Of a DNA stretch of 55,884 bases, positions 1-8,449 are shown piece after piece (positions within the stretch are counted from its first letter, which is position 1; each line of letters opens with the position of its first letter). This stretch comes from Fibrobacterota bacterium (GTDB lineage Bacteria; Fibrobacterota; Fibrobacteria; UBA11236). A program made the position numbers and the translations under genes. The stretch is from contig JAYUVP010000252.1 in the NCBI GenBank assembly GCA_043753995.1, forward strand, positions 1 to 55,884, written 5' to 3'. Below the pieces are notes generated by a model, which was not told the origin of the DNA, did not search any database, and saw nothing but the letters and a program-made list of their open reading frames with translations.

Positions 1-622
1 CAGTGTGAGTTCCGTGCCAGTATCCGATATCTGGCTCATTCCACAACTGCCAAATCCAAGTCGTGTCCATGCCAGGGTAGCGGGTTTTGGAGTGTCGGGC
101 CCATTCCTTGATCAAGGTGCCCCACTTTTCATAGTCAGCGGGGGGATAGAATCCTCCGCCGTCCAGGGCATAGGTGCCCGAAGTCCGGTAGGGAGTGGGG
201 CTAGTGGATAGGGCTTGGGGCATGAAGGCAATTTCCACCAAGGGAATAGCACCGGTCGAAGTGATAGCATCCATGACGCTGTCCATGCGGGTGAAATCGT
301 AGACCGGGCGCCCTTGGGCATCCTCGGTATAGACATTGGTCGATCCCCATTTCATGGCTGGCTTTCCATCCTCGGTATTGAGGAGGAAATGGGTGCGGAT
401 GAACACCTTCTCTGGGTTCATGCCCACCACGTCCTTTAGCAGCTGACGACCGTCGGGAGTGGTGGTGTAATTCACTTCGTCATATCCGTAATAGGACCAG
501 ATATGCCGCAATGGGGTCCCAGCGCCGGTGGCATCTACCGTGACTTGGACGGGGTTTTGGGCCATGGAAATGGATAAGGCCGCCACGAGCGAACTAAAGG
601 CAAAGGTGTTGCAAGCGACCAT
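1..622 (-). CDS. Secreted GH39 beta-xylosidase-like glycoside hydrolase (partial, runs off the left edge)
   Basis: Not in the ORF track. Hand translation from ATG 622: MVACNTFAFSSLVAALSISMAQNPVQVTVDA...HIWSYYGYDEVNYT...IRTHFLLNT...KWGSTNVYTED...PLVEIAFMPQALS...YPPADYEKW...WQLWNEPDIGYW. WNEP acid/base motif and KWGSTN are typical of GH39; GGAG upstream. Confidence 0.88.
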   Translation of the reverse strand, partial: MVACNTFAFSSLVAALSISMAQNPVQVTVDATGAGTPLRHIWSYYGYDEVNYTTTPDGRQLLKDVVGMNPEKVFIRTHFLLNTEDGKPAMKWGSTNVYTEDAQGRPVYDFTRMDSVMDAITSTGAIPLVEIAFMPQALSTSPTPYRTSGTYALDGGGFYPPADYEKWGTLIKEWARHSKTRYPGMDTTWIWQLWNEPDIGYWHGTHT

Positions 623-710
623 AGGGGCTCCCGGGGCGAGGGTTCCCGCAATGTAGCAGGGAAACCCAAGGGTACGGAAATCAATCCCGCGTCCCTTGGG
701 GTCGGAGGCG

Positions 711-2039
711 TTATTGCCGGTGGCGCCCCAGCAGATTGCGAACTCGGTGGATTTCCCCTGCCTCAAACCCCATGCTGCCGGGGAACTGGAAATATCCAGC
801 GTCACGACCTTTGGTGGTTTTGGACTCACGATGAGCCAAGGAGGAGGAGGTCAAGACTTGCAGGGTGTCGAAGAGGGCGGGAGCGGGCTCGGCCATCTCA
901 CAAGGCTGCGCTGCGAAAAGACAGGCCGCCGGAGTCGAGACAAAGACCTGGTAGGCGCCGGGAGCCAAGCCCTTGACCGCGAAGGTTGGGCCTCCGGGAC
1001 GAATATCGGCTGTGCAGACATCGGCGCCGCTGCGTTCAATGGCGAAGCGGGCATAGATCTTTTTGCCTTCGATCACTAATGAGGTATGGGTGAAGTTGTA
1101 GGCGCAGGGATGATAGGTATAGTTCAAGATGCTGAGACTGAAGTCGACATTCGGCCTGACCGCCGCGGGTTGGGCGAACCAGCCTTGTCGTGAAGGGTCG
1201 GCTTCTACATATACCGTTAGGGACTCCGCCGCAGCGACAGGCTGAATGGCAATCAAACAAATGGGTCCATTCGGCTCCTTGGGGATGGCACAAGCGGGCA
1301 TGACGGAGACCATGACTTGATAGGTTCCCGCCTTCAAGGCCGGGGCCGAAAAAGTGGGCCCATGGGGGCGCAGATCTTGAATGCAAACGACATCGGTATT
1401 TTGTTCGGCCCCGAAGCTCAAATGGATGATGCGTTTGTCGGCGTCGATTTGTATCGATTTCCCATAGAAAGTGGTTTGGCAACTGCCAAAGCGCGAGGTC
1501 ACTACGGAAAGATCAAAGGCCTTCCCCGTCGGGGTTTTGGTTGGACGCAAATGCCAGGCCTCATCGGGCTGGGTCGTGCTGTTCACCACGAGGCTGCCGA
1601 CGAATTCGGGTATGACGGCGATTTTGCAAACCGGACCCTTCGGGTCGGTATTGTAGGCGCATTCGGGATAAGCCATGGCATAGACCTGATATTTGCCCGC
1701 CTTGAGCGCCGGCACCTTGAAAACCAAGGTCGGCGGAGCCATGAGAACGACCCTGCAATCCAGGGGCTGCACGCGCTCGGAATGAACGTAGGAGAGAGTG
1801 ATCGAGCTGTCGGTTGCGGCGGCTCCGATGACCTTGAATTCGGTATTGCAGTCAAAGGCGAGTGGCGAAAGCGTTAGGCGAAAATCGCGGCCGGCTGCCG
1901 TTTGGTCGGGGTCATAGCTATAGGCCGCGAGAGGCGAAGTGGCATGGGCTTGCGGGATAGCGAAAAGGTGGAATAGGGCTACCAGAACCCAAAGGGTGTA
2001 GCCTGAAATAGGGAGCGATGGAAAGAGGGTCCGGTGCAT
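711..2039 (-). CDS. Secreted protein with three tandem ~115-aa four-Cys Ig-like repeats and a basic C-terminal tail
   Basis: Start reassigned to ATG 2039 (GGAGG 6 nt upstream). Signal peptide ending AHA; repeats share PALKAGKYQV / PALKAGTYQV / KGLAPGAYQV and aligned Cys. Confidence 0.8.
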   Translation of the reverse strand: MHRTLFPSLPISGYTLWVLVALFHLFAIPQAHATSPLAAYSYDPDQTAAGRDFRLTLSPLAFDCNTEFKVIGAAATDSSITLSYVHSERVQPLDCRVVLMAPPTLVFKVPALKAGKYQVYAMAYPECAYNTDPKGPVCKIAVIPEFVGSLVVNSTTQPDEAWHLRPTKTPTGKAFDLSVVTSRFGSCQTTFYGKSIQIDADKRIIHLSFGAEQNTDVVCIQDLRPHGPTFSAPALKAGTYQVMVSVMPACAIPKEPNGPICLIAIQPVAAAESLTVYVEADPSRQGWFAQPAAVRPNVDFSLSILNYTYHPCAYNFTHTSLVIEGKKIYARFAIERSGADVCTADIRPGGPTFAVKGLAPGAYQVFVSTPAACLFAAQPCEMAEPAPALFDTLQVLTSSSLAHRESKTTKGRDAGYFQFPGSMGFEAGEIHRVRNLLGRHRQ

Positions 2040-2238
2040 GCTGAGCCTCCGTTTTTGGGTTGGTTTCAATCCGCTTGAAGATTCATGCGGATGGAGATTC
2101 GAAATCATGCTTTAATTGTAGTGTATAAATACAGTGAAAACAAACTTTTTTCCTAAAATATTTTGAATAGCCTCGAAAATCCTGGAAGGCGTAGTGTGAA
2201 AATCCGAAATATTGGCTTTATACGGCTAAAAAGGACAA

Positions 2239-3288
2239 CTACTTGGGAATCCCGATCTTACGCCCGCTCATGTCGTGCGCAGAAGAGGGGTATTCCTCGA
2301 CTCTCGTTGCCGTCGAGGCTTTACCCGTGGCTAAGACTCGCGCCGCGGACTTCCGGCGTTTAGAAGGTGGGCCCATTTTGTCGGATCGAATTTCCACGGC
2401 TGCGCAAGCCGCCGGATTGCTTTTCACGAAATAAGCCCTATAAGCCGCGCTCGTTTTGTCCATACAGCCGGTGAGATCAAGCCACTCCAAACTCTTGAAC
2501 TGGGTCGATGAACCTTCGGCCTGAACCGCGAGATAGCCCTCCTTGAGAGGCTGCCCGCCCTTGCGTATGCGCATATACTCGTGAACCTTCGCCCCGTGGA
2601 TATAATGCTGAATCAGGGAATCGCCCAAAACGCGAACCGTGGCATCCGACCAGCCCTCCTTGTCTTCCCAAGGGATTTCGGTATTCTTCCACGCCGCGGG
2701 GTAATTGGCATGATGGCAATTGGAGCTGAGATCGCTGCCATTCAAATTGACCGTGACACCGGGTAGGCACAGGTTGGTAGAGGTTCCGTATTTCCAACCC
2801 TGGGAGACCAAGTCTCGGTTGAAAAAGGTGTTCTTGGTCCCCACCAATTGCACTTCGACGCTCGTGGGAAAGTCGGCGCCATTCATGGCCGAAGGTGCCG
2901 GGCAATGAATCATGAGGCCATTATTCTGAACATTGTCTGCGCCAGTCCAACCTGGTCCTAGGCCATCCTTGGTGAAGCGATAGACCGCGCGAACCATATA
3001 ATACGAGAGCTTATTCTTGGTATAGAAGAGGTGGCCCATTTTCGTCGAGTCATAAGACAAATGGATATTGACATCGAGCCATCCTTCGGAGGTAACGCCG
3101 AAGGTACTATCGGGATTGATAAGCGGGGTGCGCAATTTTTTGCTGGAGAAATAAGGCGTCCAGCCCTCAAGGTTCCTGCCATTGAGCATGGAAACCCATG
3201 CCGAATCTTCGGCCTGCGCAGATTGGGAAAAAAGAGTGCAGGGTGCCAGCATGCAAGCGGTAGCGAAAAAACGATTCAGTTTTGGCAT
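2239..3288 (-). CDS. Secreted DUF1080 (3-keto-glycoside hydrolase/lyase-like) protein
   Basis: Start at ATG 3288 (GAGGAAAG upstream); signal peptide; WVSMLNGRNLEGW, NNGLMIH, SVEVQL, GYLAVQAEG..TQFK motifs. Confidence 0.85.
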   Translation of the reverse strand: MPKLNRFFATACMLAPCTLFSQSAQAEDSAWVSMLNGRNLEGWTPYFSSKKLRTPLINPDSTFGVTSEGWLDVNIHLSYDSTKMGHLFYTKNKLSYYMVRAVYRFTKDGLGPGWTGADNVQNNGLMIHCPAPSAMNGADFPTSVEVQLVGTKNTFFNRDLVSQGWKYGTSTNLCLPGVTVNLNGSDLSSNCHHANYPAAWKNTEIPWEDKEGWSDATVRVLGDSLIQHYIHGAKVHEYMRIRKGGQPLKEGYLAVQAEGSSTQFKSLEWLDLTGCMDKTSAAYRAYFVKSNPAACAAVEIRSDKMGPPSKRRKSAARVLATGKASTATRVEEYPSSAHDMSGRKIGIPK

Positions 3289-3634
3289 CCAATAAACATA
3301 CGCTTTCCTCTTCTGCGCCGCAGCCCGTCTTGGGCAGCTAGTGCGAATGAGCAGGATCGTTTGCAAAAAGGGGTTTTGAGGCCGGCTCCCATCCGAATCG
3401 GAATCCCGCCTAGATCTCTTAGCGAAGCTGCCTGCCCTTTTCCCAGCCAGCGAATCCACCGGCAGCTTAAACCCATTGTTTCTTTCGTCACGACTAACAA
3501 AATATTCTGTGCCCTTGTTCCTCGTGGTTTGCCTGACCTTTGAGGAAATAGAGATGCTGGATGGGAATCGGGAGAATTTGGAGAGAGGAGTTGAGGCGGT
3601 TGAATCGGGTCATTTCTAGTTAGCGGGTCCATTC

Positions 3635-4258
3635 CTATCGAGCCGTGGTCAACAAAACAACGGCCATCAGGGCAAATCCAATTGTCGGGGCTACCCAGGG
3701 CCAAGCGTGATTGGCCACGTAACGGTATGCGCTGGATTTCTCTAATAAAGGTGGGCTTCCATGCCTAACCGTGAAGGATAAATCATAAATATCACCCGCA
3801 TAAAAATTGTAATCCGTGAGAATATCAGCCTCTACCTTGAATAAATGGGAAGTGCTATCACGGCTGAATTGAATTCCTCTCTTGCCCTTTCCGGCGGGAT
3901 CCAATAAGCGTGTATTCAAGCTATCCTTTGCCGAAGCTAAGGGATCGAAAACGTGGATATTGTTGAACTCGAAGGGTAGGACGGACGACTTTCCATCTCG
4001 TGTCAGTTTTATAGAGAGTTGAAAGGAGACGGTATCATTCCATTCCTTTTCAGATTCTTCCAACTGGATCCTTGCTGAAAGTTTGAAATTTGATTTTTTG
4101 TCACCTCCTCCTTGATTTTGAACCCAAATGGCGCTTTCACTCAATACCACAGCCTCCAATATCGAATGGGGCGAAGGGAGGCTTGAAAGTCGTTTTTTGT
4201 CCCAATAACTGCAACCCATCAAGGAGGAAAGCAAGATAAAGGAAAGGATGGTTTTCAT
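3635..4258 (-). CDS. Hypothetical lipoprotein with a C-terminal transmembrane helix
   Basis: MKTILSFILLSSLMGC lipobox; hydrophobic C-terminus WPWVAPTIGFALMAVVLLT; ATGA overlap with the upstream gene. Confidence 0.7.
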   Translation of the reverse strand: MKTILSFILLSSLMGCSYWDKKRLSSLPSPHSILEAVVLSESAIWVQNQGGGDKKSNFKLSARIQLEESEKEWNDTVSFQLSIKLTRDGKSSVLPFEFNNIHVFDPLASAKDSLNTRLLDPAGKGKRGIQFSRDSTSHLFKVEADILTDYNFYAGDIYDLSFTVRHGSPPLLEKSSAYRYVANHAWPWVAPTIGFALMAVVLLTTAR

Positions 4259-5418
4259 AGCGCATCCCATTCCTTAAATCCCCTGCCCAATATTGCCTGA
4301 ATAAAAAGATAGGGTTCGGCAAGATATTTGATGGCATGTAAAGCCCAGGAGTAAGTATTGCTGGGATTCGCGACGATAGAGACTCGCGCAGCAAAAGTAG
4401 GACCCTTGTCCTTGCCGCCTGGACTATCATTGGATGTCTCGAATTTCCAATCCCCAATATCGATGCCGATCGAAGAATACCGCTCTGGAAGCAGCGAGCG
4501 CGATGGCCCGCTGCCAGATTCACTAGCCTGAAAAACCCCGGTGGATGCAGTCAGGGTATAACTGAAAACCATGGGAAAAATGTGGTCCAATAAATTTAAC
4601 CGAAGGCTTCCTTGGACAAGGGAATAGGATTGTGAAATTTCATCGGAATGAAATTGTCCAGCAAGCAACCCACCGCTTTCCACTGGAATCGCATGGTCGA
4701 AAAGCATGCCTGCGCGGAAAAGCGCGGCGGTGGATACAAAGACATATTCGTCAAAATTGGAATTGTCGGTTTTCCATTGGAATTCTTTGACGCCTAAATG
4801 CAGATAGCTATCGGAATAAATATTCGATAAGGCTAATCCTCCACCGAGAAAGTACTTGGACGGCTCGAATTCGGTACGCCCCGGACTCGTATTCTGAATT
4901 AAAAATGTCAGTGGATTGTAGTTCATCTCGCCTATCCAACCGAGCAAAAGTTCGCAGGGTGCCACTTTACCTCGGGGCACTTCTGGCAATTGCGTTCCAC
5001 CGCCCCATTTTCGGATAGATCCTTGATGTATGAAGTCATTTTGAAAGTAATTGGTGAGCTTGTCGCCGCTCCAACCGAATAAAAGGGAATTGCTGTAAAT
5101 AATATTGTTCTTGTACTGGGATTCCGTAGTGAAATAGCGGCTGCTGGAAATCCTTAAAACGTTGATTCCGATGGTTCGATCGACGTCATTGTACCGATTG
5201 CAAGTTTGAGTTTCCAGGCAGTTCCCGCTTTTGTCCTGGCCGAATTCCGAAAACAAATAAACTTCCATTCCATAATCTCTCGCCGGAGACAATTGGGGAT
5301 AAGCCTCATTCCCCCAATTCGGGCCAGGAAGGGATGGGCCTATGGCATGAGCCACAGTCGAAAAGAACAGGCCTAATCCAAGCGTCGAGGCCTGAACGAG
5401 ATCCGTGAATTTTTTCAT
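4255..5418 (-). CDS. Hypothetical exported/outer-membrane protein (weak LpxR/DUF2219-like appearance)
   Basis: 387-aa ORF; signal peptide ending AHA; alternating-hydrophobic beta strands. Family call is tentative. Confidence 0.6.
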   Translation of the reverse strand: MKKFTDLVQASTLGLGLFFSTVAHAIGPSLPGPNWGNEAYPQLSPARDYGMEVYLFSEFGQDKSGNCLETQTCNRYNDVDRTIGINVLRISSSRYFTTESQYKNNIIYSNSLLFGWSGDKLTNYFQNDFIHQGSIRKWGGGTQLPEVPRGKVAPCELLLGWIGEMNYNPLTFLIQNTSPGRTEFEPSKYFLGGGLALSNIYSDSYLHLGVKEFQWKTDNSNFDEYVFVSTAALFRAGMLFDHAIPVESGGLLAGQFHSDEISQSYSLVQGSLRLNLLDHIFPMVFSYTLTASTGVFQASESGSGPSRSLLPERYSSIGIDIGDWKFETSNDSPGGKDKGPTFAARVSIVANPSNTYSWALHAIKYLAEPYLFIQAILGRGFKEWDAL

Positions 5419-5722
5419 GGTGATTCCGTTCTATCATCAAGTGTCACATCGGTATTTCGGCCACAGCTAGCCGAACCCGATATGGATTAGATTCCTTCAA
5501 CTGATGAAGCGTAACGGTTTAATGTGAAATGAATACAACCGGCGCCTTCGTCCAGCAGAGTTATAACGGAAAGCCATTTTCCGCAATTCCAACGGGTTTC
5601 GGCCGTTACCGAATTACAGAAAGATTTTTATTGCTAGGGAAAATGATTTCCAAGGTGCGTCGCCTAATTTATGATATAAGAATCAAAGCCAGCGCCACCC
5701 CCTCTGGGTATCGAGAATAATA

Positions 5723-6583
5723 ATGATGTCACCGAATCAAACTGCGACACCCGATAGAACAGCCATACGCACAGCACTTTGGCGCGTCTTGCATTTGCAA
5801 TTGGATGCGAAGCCGCATGTGCTTGAAGACGAAATCGGCTTGAAGCTGGCGGCTCCCGATGCAGGATGGCAAGAAAGGCCGGATATGCATCCCCAGGGCA
5901 CAAGTCGCGCCCGCGCCTCTATCGTGGCCCGTGCTCGATGGATTGAAGATTTGGTTTCGGAGCAAGCCCAGCAAGGCCTGAGTCAATATGTTGTTTTGGG
6001 ATCGGGCCTGGATACTTTCGCTCAGCGGCGAACGGAATTGGCTGCGGCCTTGCGTATTTTCGAAGTGGATAGGCCTGGAACTATCGCCTGGAAGCGTCAA
6101 CGATTGACGGAGCTCGGCTATGGAATTCCGGAAGGGCTGCACCTGGTGCCGGTCGACTTCGAAGCCGGTGTCTCGTGGTGGGACTCGCTCATCGCTACAG
6201 GATTCCAGGCGAATAAGCCGGCGATTGTCTCTTCATGCGGCGTCAGCATGTACCTCACTCGGGAGGCTATCGCCGCAACCTTGCGGCAAGCGGCGCAACT
6301 CGCGGCAGGTTCGACCTTGGCTATGACCTTTATGTTGCCTTTGGAGTTCGTCGATGCCGAAGAGCAGCCCTTACGCCAAGCCTCGGAAAAAGGGGCCCGC
6401 GCTGGCGGTACTCCTTTCATTTCTTTATTTACTCCTGACGAGTTTTTAGGCATGGCTCGCCAAGCGGGATTTGCCTCGGTCACTCATGTTTCGACCGAAG
6501 ATTTTTTCAATCGTTATTTCTCAAATAGGACGGATGGGCTTAGGCCCTCCAGTTCGGAGCATTTGCTCATCGCCAAGATTTGA
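5723..6583 (+). CDS. Class I SAM-dependent methyltransferase (LCM/TIGR00027-like)
   Basis: DRTAIRTALWR, ARARWIED, QYVVLGSGLDT, IFEVD, VPVDF, GVSMYL motifs. Confidence 0.9.
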   Translation: MMSPNQTATPDRTAIRTALWRVLHLQLDAKPHVLEDEIGLKLAAPDAGWQERPDMHPQGTSRARASIVARARWIEDLVSEQAQQGLSQYVVLGSGLDTFAQRRTELAAALRIFEVDRPGTIAWKRQRLTELGYGIPEGLHLVPVDFEAGVSWWDSLIATGFQANKPAIVSSCGVSMYLTREAIAATLRQAAQLAAGSTLAMTFMLPLEFVDAEEQPLRQASEKGARAGGTPFISLFTPDEFLGMARQAGFASVTHVSTEDFFNRYFSNRTDGLRPSSSEHLLIAKI

Positions 6584-6615
6584 TCCGGCTTTAAAGTTAG
6601 GGTCACGGGGGAGTT

Positions 6616-6884
6616 ACGGGGGCCAGGCCCCCGTTCGAGGGGGTAGGCCGAGACCCCACAGGCGCGGCCAGGCTTCAGGGCTTGACCTCCGGCGTGCGAA
6701 CACCGGGAAGCGGCACCCACGCCGAGTCCCGTGGCCTATGCGAGGGGCGACGGTGGAGGTCTGAAAATTGGCTCGCTCCGCAGGCCGAGAAACGGCCGAG
6801 GACCCGCGAGCCGCTTTTCAGACCGCAACGTCAGTCGCCCCGTCTCAGCGCCGAGGAGTCTCGGCCGAGGGGGAGACCTTCCCC
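6616..6884. repeat. Nested-palindrome structured element (REP/MITE-like or ncRNA)
   Basis: Hairpin 6616-6634; outer stem 6646-6665/6848-6866; arm 1 6666-6736 (CGGCGTG/CACGCCG); arm 2 6744-6841 (GGGGCGAC/GTCGCCCC, GGTCTGAAAA/TTTTCAGACC, GGCTCGC/GCGAGCC, GGCCG-AGAAA-CGGCC). Confidence 0.7.
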
Positions 6885-7726
6885 ACCAAATCGCGCGCTT
6901 TCAAAACTTCCGCCCATGTCATCTCAAAGCTGGGAATGTCGTCGTCCCATTCGACCATGGTGCTGGCGCCTCCGCAGCGGCGATAGACGTCGACAAAGAG
7001 TTTCCAAACTTCATCGCGCACGGGTTGATTGTGAGTGTCGAGCACATAGTGACCGTGATCGGTGTGGCCGGCCAAGTGAATTTGCAGGACGCGGGTCAAG
7101 TCGAGGCCGTCGACGTATTGGGCGGGATCGAAATGGTGATTGCGCGAGCTGACATAAATGTTGTTGACATCGAGCATCATGCGGCAATTGGCGCGGTCGA
7201 CGACTTCGCGATAAAATTCCCATTCGGGCATAGTACCGGATTTGAATTCGACGACGGCGCTAAGATTTTCAATGCCGAAGGGAATTTCTAAAAAGTCTTG
7301 CACGATGCGCGCTTTTTCGGCGATATGCTTGGCGACGGCGCTGGTATAGGGGAGGGGCAGCAAATCGTGAAAGTGATGCGCCCCAATACCTCGACTCCAG
7401 CAAAGGTGATCGCTGGCCCAAGGAGCTTGCACGCGTTTCGCCAAAGCTTTCAGGCGGCGCAAATAATCCATATCCAAAGGAGAGGACGAGCCGAGAGAAA
7501 GACAAACGCCATGCAAAACCAAGGGATAGGCCTCGTGGGCGCGATCGAGATTGTAAAGCGGGATCCCATCGGTATTCATGAAATTTTCGGCGATGATTTC
7601 GAAAAAATCAATTTTGGGAAGATGCTCGAAAATATGAGTGTAATGGGGAATGCGCAGGCCGAGCCCGAAACCGAGGTGCGGCACGGCAGTGGAAAGGGGG
7701 GAGGGTTTATTAGTAGTCAAATTCAT
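6845..7726 (-). CDS. DUF692 multinuclear non-heme iron oxidative enzyme (MNIO, bufferin-maturase-like)
   Basis: GFGLGLR.PHY, FFEIIAENFM, HGVCLSLG, SDHLCW, DLLPLPY, IENLS, LDVNNIYV, QIHLAGH, LDTH, VEWD. Confidence 0.93.
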   Translation of the reverse strand: MNLTTNKPSPLSTAVPHLGFGLGLRIPHYTHIFEHLPKIDFFEIIAENFMNTDGIPLYNLDRAHEAYPLVLHGVCLSLGSSSPLDMDYLRRLKALAKRVQAPWASDHLCWSRGIGAHHFHDLLPLPYTSAVAKHIAEKARIVQDFLEIPFGIENLSAVVEFKSGTMPEWEFYREVVDRANCRMMLDVNNIYVSSRNHHFDPAQYVDGLDLTRVLQIHLAGHTDHGHYVLDTHNQPVRDEVWKLFVDVYRRCGGASTMVEWDDDIPSFEMTWAEVLKARDLVGKVSPSAETPRR

Positions 7727-7857
7727 TACTCTGGATCGTTTGCTGCTAAGTAGGGTTGAAAGGGAAGATTTATAACAAAGATTGCCAATTAGGAGCAGTT
7801 CGAAATAGCTTTCTTATTTGGTTGATTGGTTTCCACTCATCCTGAAAAGGAAATTTC

Positions 7858-8340
7858 ATGAAAAAATTCATTCTTATCGCAGCCGCAATACTCGGACTTG
7901 CCCTTAGCGCCCAGGCCCAGGTCAGGGGCATTGGATATGCCGAGTTGTTCGGTGTAACCAAGGAAATCACGCTACGCTTGGGACTGGGGCAAAATGCCCT
8001 GGATATCGGAGTCGGGTTGAACTTTGACAATAGTAAGGACAGTAGCGACGAAAAGTTGGGCTTCGATTTCTCGGGAACTTTTCTTGGCCATTTGCATGAA
8101 TGGGGTCCCGTAGACACCTATTTCGCCGCTGGCGCCCTGTTTCAAAAGTTCCCTCGTGCCAAGGACAACATTGCCATTAATCTCTTTGCTGGCTTTCAAC
8201 CTGAAGTCACCCTCATGGATCATATTGCCTTGTCGACGCGTTTAGGTCTTAATATCCCTATTCAACCCGACGTTTCAATTCAAACCTTTGGTGCGCAGAT
8301 TTCCGTTGTTAGCGGCCTGAATTTCACCGTTTTGTTTTAA
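7858..8340 (+). CDS. Small outer-membrane beta-barrel protein
   Basis: Signal peptide (AQA); ~8 amphipathic strands; C-terminal ...GLNFTVLF BAM-type signature; AAGGA SD. Confidence 0.75.
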   Translation: MKKFILIAAAILGLALSAQAQVRGIGYAELFGVTKEITLRLGLGQNALDIGVGLNFDNSKDSSDEKLGFDFSGTFLGHLHEWGPVDTYFAAGALFQKFPRAKDNIAINLFAGFQPEVTLMDHIALSTRLGLNIPIQPDVSIQTFGAQISVVSGLNFTVLF

Positions 8341-8386
8341 ACATTTGCTCTGCGTCGGCCTTATGCCGACTAGTTGAGTTCGCATC

Positions 8387-8418
8387 AAAAAAGCCGCCCA
8401 CCCAGGCGGCTTTTTTTT
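8387..8418. terminator. Bidirectional rho-independent terminator
   Basis: AAAAAAGCCGCC-CACCCA-GGCGGCTTTTTTTT between convergent genes. Confidence 0.9.
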
Positions 8419-8449
8419 GATCGGTTTTAGAAAAGGCGCGCGTAGGCTT

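Noticed and set aside
6600..6740. 6S RNA, SRP RNA or SAH riboswitch
   Set aside because: Fragments such as GGTGTTCG, AAGCCCTGAAG and GCCAGGCT are reminiscent, but there is no symmetric rod with central bubble, no SRP GGAAGGAAGCAG core and no SAH GAGGAGCG motif; the nested pairing explains the region better.
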